Assembly (NCBI GenBank): GCA_903813345.2
Contig: CAIIXF020000001.1
Span: 40,238,001-40,302,000 of the forward strand
Direction: 5' to 3'
Source: Owenia fusiformis
Taxonomy: Eukaryota
DNA: 64,000 nucleotides
The position numbers and the translations under genes were made by a program. This document shows positions 60,320 to 64,000 of this stretch, in pieces (positions within the stretch are counted from its first letter, which is position 1; every line of letters starts with the position of its first letter). The notes below the pieces were generated by a model that worked only from the letters and a program-made list of their open reading frames with translations, had not been told where the DNA came from and made no database searches.

Positions 60320-60662
60320 TGTTCCAACGCTTTGGGTTCCAGGAACACAAATTCCCTATGAAGATTATCAACAGATATATAAATGTTTATGGTGAATATG
60401 GCATGATGATACTTCAATTAATCAAGAGAAGCAACACAGAAAGTGAAGAAGAAATCAATGTTAGGTCCCATAAGCCCCATAAAAAAGATAAAACAAAAAT
60501 AGTTTGATATTTTTATGATCCAGAACTGTTGAATTTAACATTTTTTCTTCATGTTGAATTTGTAAGTCCATGTATAAATATTTGAATTCACTTTGTTATT
60601 TTCCAGAAGCAGAGGTGAATATAGTATAAAGTTTGATTGGAGATTGGTGACATATCTCAAAG

Positions 60663-63600
60663 ATGGGCTGCAACTTATGTAATACACCTGTGCAGTTTGC
60701 CACACTTTTCCTTGCTCTACTTGTATTAGCACAGACTCAAGACAGTAAGTACAATTCTATATCATCTCATTTTGCCTTGCATCAAGTCTGCCTGCCCTAC
60801 CCCCTATATATATCTTTACACATTCAATCTACAATTATACTGTTTGATAGACTACTCATATGATACAGAAATCCCCAGACATTATCATACCCTGTGCTGT
60901 GCTTGTATTGTACCACTGACTATAGTTTTTCATCCACCCATTGTTAAAGAATTTGCAACTGCTTTCATATTGATGAAAATAGAGTTTGTTGAAAAAATAG
61001 CATGTTGTCTGCAGTGAAACCCATACCTATTCTATCTTAACTGTACGGTACATAGTCTTGCCCCCCCCCAATCTCACCTCACATCACTTGTTGAGAGATG
61101 TGTAGTGGGGGAGCTCCCAAGCCGTCACAATTGGGCTTATAGCTAGACTACAGTACATTGCCATCAGTTCAGAGAGTGGGTGTGTGTATCTCATTCAAAT
61201 TCAAATCTGCGCTTGCTTTTAAAAACTGAATAAATTACACTAGCTATGTCTAGTCATTGGTAAACATGTTGAATGTTCAACTGTGTTTTTAGAGTAAACT
61301 TTTGAATTCAGGTTGCATATATCAACTGATATAAAAACTTCATAGCCAGGACACTTGGAAGTGGTGTATTTATTCAATGTTTTAAGTACATATTACAATC
61401 TGAAAATCAATAAAAAAGACATACTGAGCATGCTAGTTGTAATATCACTGTGTACTTAAAAAGTACGTTGTCTTCAAACACTTGAGCATTATAATTGAGT
61501 TGAACAAGAATAATATGAAATGAGAGACTTGAAGGTTATATTAACCTTGATGTCTAGATTTGCATAGATCCACATCATGCATTAACTAACGCATATTAGA
61601 AATGAAATGATTGATTATCATAGATTACCACTCTACTTGATGCATACAGTTACTGTAAATGTGGAAGTACAAATAATTTTAGTATATTCAAGGGTAATGT
61701 CTGAGTCTCTTTGCAAGCATGCCACATTCTGACAAATCATGTGGGAGTTTAGTTTCAGTTGCGAGGTTATCATGAATTATTGAAATCAACAATAGTGTGT
61801 ATATTTCAGTTTTGCTCCATATGGGCAATAGTCCCAAGTACCCTGTGTGACCATGTTTACTGCCCATGGGCATATGCATAAGCACTAACCAAAGGCCCGT
61901 TATGCCTGAGTCACATTTGCTACTATTCACAGGCTTTTGCCCAGCTGATTGAGTATTTTCTCCAAAATTATATTCATTTTTAACAAATTACTCAATCGGC
62001 CGATGAATGGAGCAAGTATCAAAGACATATATTCCCAAATGGGGCTTCCTATTTTATGGGCAAATAAACAGCATGAGTGTCATATTATATGAATGAATTA
62101 TAAAGCATGCACAATGCTAATATGTATTTTGATTTGTTCCAGCAGTAGATCCAAGTCGTAAGTCTAGTTATTATTAGAGTGATTGCATGTTGTTGTTTGT
62201 TTGGTTTCATTTTAGTAGAATATTCACAATTTGTTAAATCTAGTTTCGTTTGTCACTTATTAGTGATTTTGTTAATACATGTTTGTTTTTAGAGCTATCA
62301 GGTTTAGATAACTGATTGTATTATACTGCACTGTCATTCATGTACATTATGAATACACTTTTCCATATGTTATTGCACAATGGTCTCCCAATTTCTTATT
62401 TTTGCCGTTCTACTGACGAAATGAAGCAGTGAAATGGACTCTAATTGAACTGTCTTGTATTATATAATACTGAACCACACTGTATTGTACTGTCCTATAA
62501 TGTCCCATACTTTACTGTAATGTTGGCATACTTAATCTACTATAGATGTTCTTATCAATGCACCATCTTTCTCAACTTCTCACTGTTTTATTAGTTATTT
62601 TAGTGGAGTTTGAAGCATTTAATACAAATGTGCATGTTTAGAGAAGTGGTAGGGAAGTGGAGGAGTTAAGCTTTATATCTACTTTTCTGATTGCTTATTT
62701 CATTGTTAAGAATTGCAATGAAAAGAGAAAATATCGTTAGAAATGGCAAGAATGCACTTAAATTAAATATAAAATCCTACAACCCTTTAGAACTACAATA
62801 TTAAGTAATGGCAGCATTTGTAAAACAGATACCCTTACTAAAGTCAATAGAAAGATGGTTCTTTATAAGAGATTGAGGAGATCATTTGATTGGATAATAA
62901 ATTGATTGTTATTCAATCGATGAACCATCAAATGATTTATTGTTGACTAGGTTTGTTTTTGTGACAAATAAACTGCACTTGTTTTTTTCATTATATTGAA
63001 TCTCTAACCAGCACATTATTGTCTAAATCCTGTTTCACGAGTGAGTTTTAACATTTCAACCTTCTTTTATATATCACTCTGTTTTAGTTTTATATGTATG
63101 TAGCAGTCATACTCGTAGTGATTCACATTGTGGTGGTTTGTGGGCACCTTTACTAAAATGTGTCATTCTATAAATATTCATAAGATGTTAACAATACAAT
63201 GAGAAATATCCTGTAACAGCACTGTGGTTTAAAAGCTTAATGATCTACATCATATTTAAATGTTTTCCTGGCCACCGCTTGAACTGATTAAAATTGGCTA
63301 ATACAAGTATAGTGTATATAAAGGCAAGTGGAAAATATCAAAAAAAATAAAATCTTGCAATGACCAAGCATGAACACTTTTCTCCAATTGTGAAAATAAT
63401 TGAAAAAAGCTTGAATGGCTTAAAAGCCTTTGATAGTTCTGGTTCAAGTTTCTGCTTATTTTTCAGAGATTTTTGTTTTCCTGGCTTGGTCGGAATTCTA
63501 TTTTTCATGAAATTTATTTACTTTAAGACCCTGTTCTAACTGTTTGCTTAACATTATCATGGGACATTGAAATCACCCCCTTGTTCAAGTGGTGTAGGAG

Positions 63601-63873
63601 TTCAAACACGACACTCAATTAATTCCAAAGCATTATTTCCACTAATAAAATTCATGAACTATTATTTAATCTCACATCAGAAATTCATCAAAAAGCCTAA
63701 CAACGTTTCAGCTTTCTAACATTAAGTAAAAAATATTTTCTTTTTTCAGTCCGAAGACCTCCAAGCATTGAAGTGCAGCCAACTGAAAAATGGGGACAGA
63801 AACACATATACACGTATAGTCAAAATCTCCAAATAGAACTGCCTTGTTCTGCATCTGGAACGCCAAAACCAGA
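60663..63873 (+). CDS. Ig-superfamily cell adhesion molecule (L1CAM/neuroglian-like), first two coding exons; continues beyond the right edge
   Basis: Signal-peptide exon 60663-60744 (MGCNLCNTPVQFATLFLALLVLAQTQD, phase-1 GTAAGT donor) splices in frame to 63750-63873 (IRRPPSIEVQP...IELPCSASGTPKP), the start of an Ig domain. Family assignment rests on ~40 aa only. Confidence 0.7.
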
Positions 63874-64000
63874 GTAAGTACATGTAAATGAACATGTAGT
63901 TTCCTGAAAATTCAATTTACTACATGCTCGTATTAATGTACTAAATATACATACTGATGAATTCAGATCCAAATTTAGCAGAGACGCATTAATTGAATTT

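Noticed and set aside
50300..60600. Scattered 60-100-aa ORFs
   Set aside because: No domains or splice-consistent exon chain; consistent with chance ORFs in AT-rich non-coding DNA.

Overview
AT-rich, intron-rich animal DNA (probably an invertebrate such as a lophotrochozoan; this is inferred from the repeat landscape only). Host genes I can rebuild exon by exon: the 5' part of WDR36/UTP21 (minus strand, runs off the left edge) with a frameshifted GT31 beta-1,3-galactosyltransferase-like ORF apparently nested antisense in one intron; complete FAF1 (16 coding exons, one GC-AG intron) head-to-head with NSMCE2/MMS21; an intronless CYP1-like P450 whose I-helix acid-alcohol pair is replaced by His-Ala; and the first two coding exons of an L1CAM/neuroglian-like Ig-superfamily gene. 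The most unusual object is a young 9.2-kb Ty3/Gypsy-type LTR element in WDR36 intron 3 with no recognisable pol. It has LTRs, a TSD, a PBS-like site, a PPT, a predicted 5'-leader intron and an internal 2928-bp duplication. Its gag carries a 16-unit array of 57-nt repeats, each with a conserved stem and a variable 6-nt loop, and ends in a -1 frameshift slippery site plus predicted pseudoknot that leads into a ~200-aa non-Pol ORF. The rest is MITEs (including a triple nest), Helentron/HINE-like elements and minisatellites.
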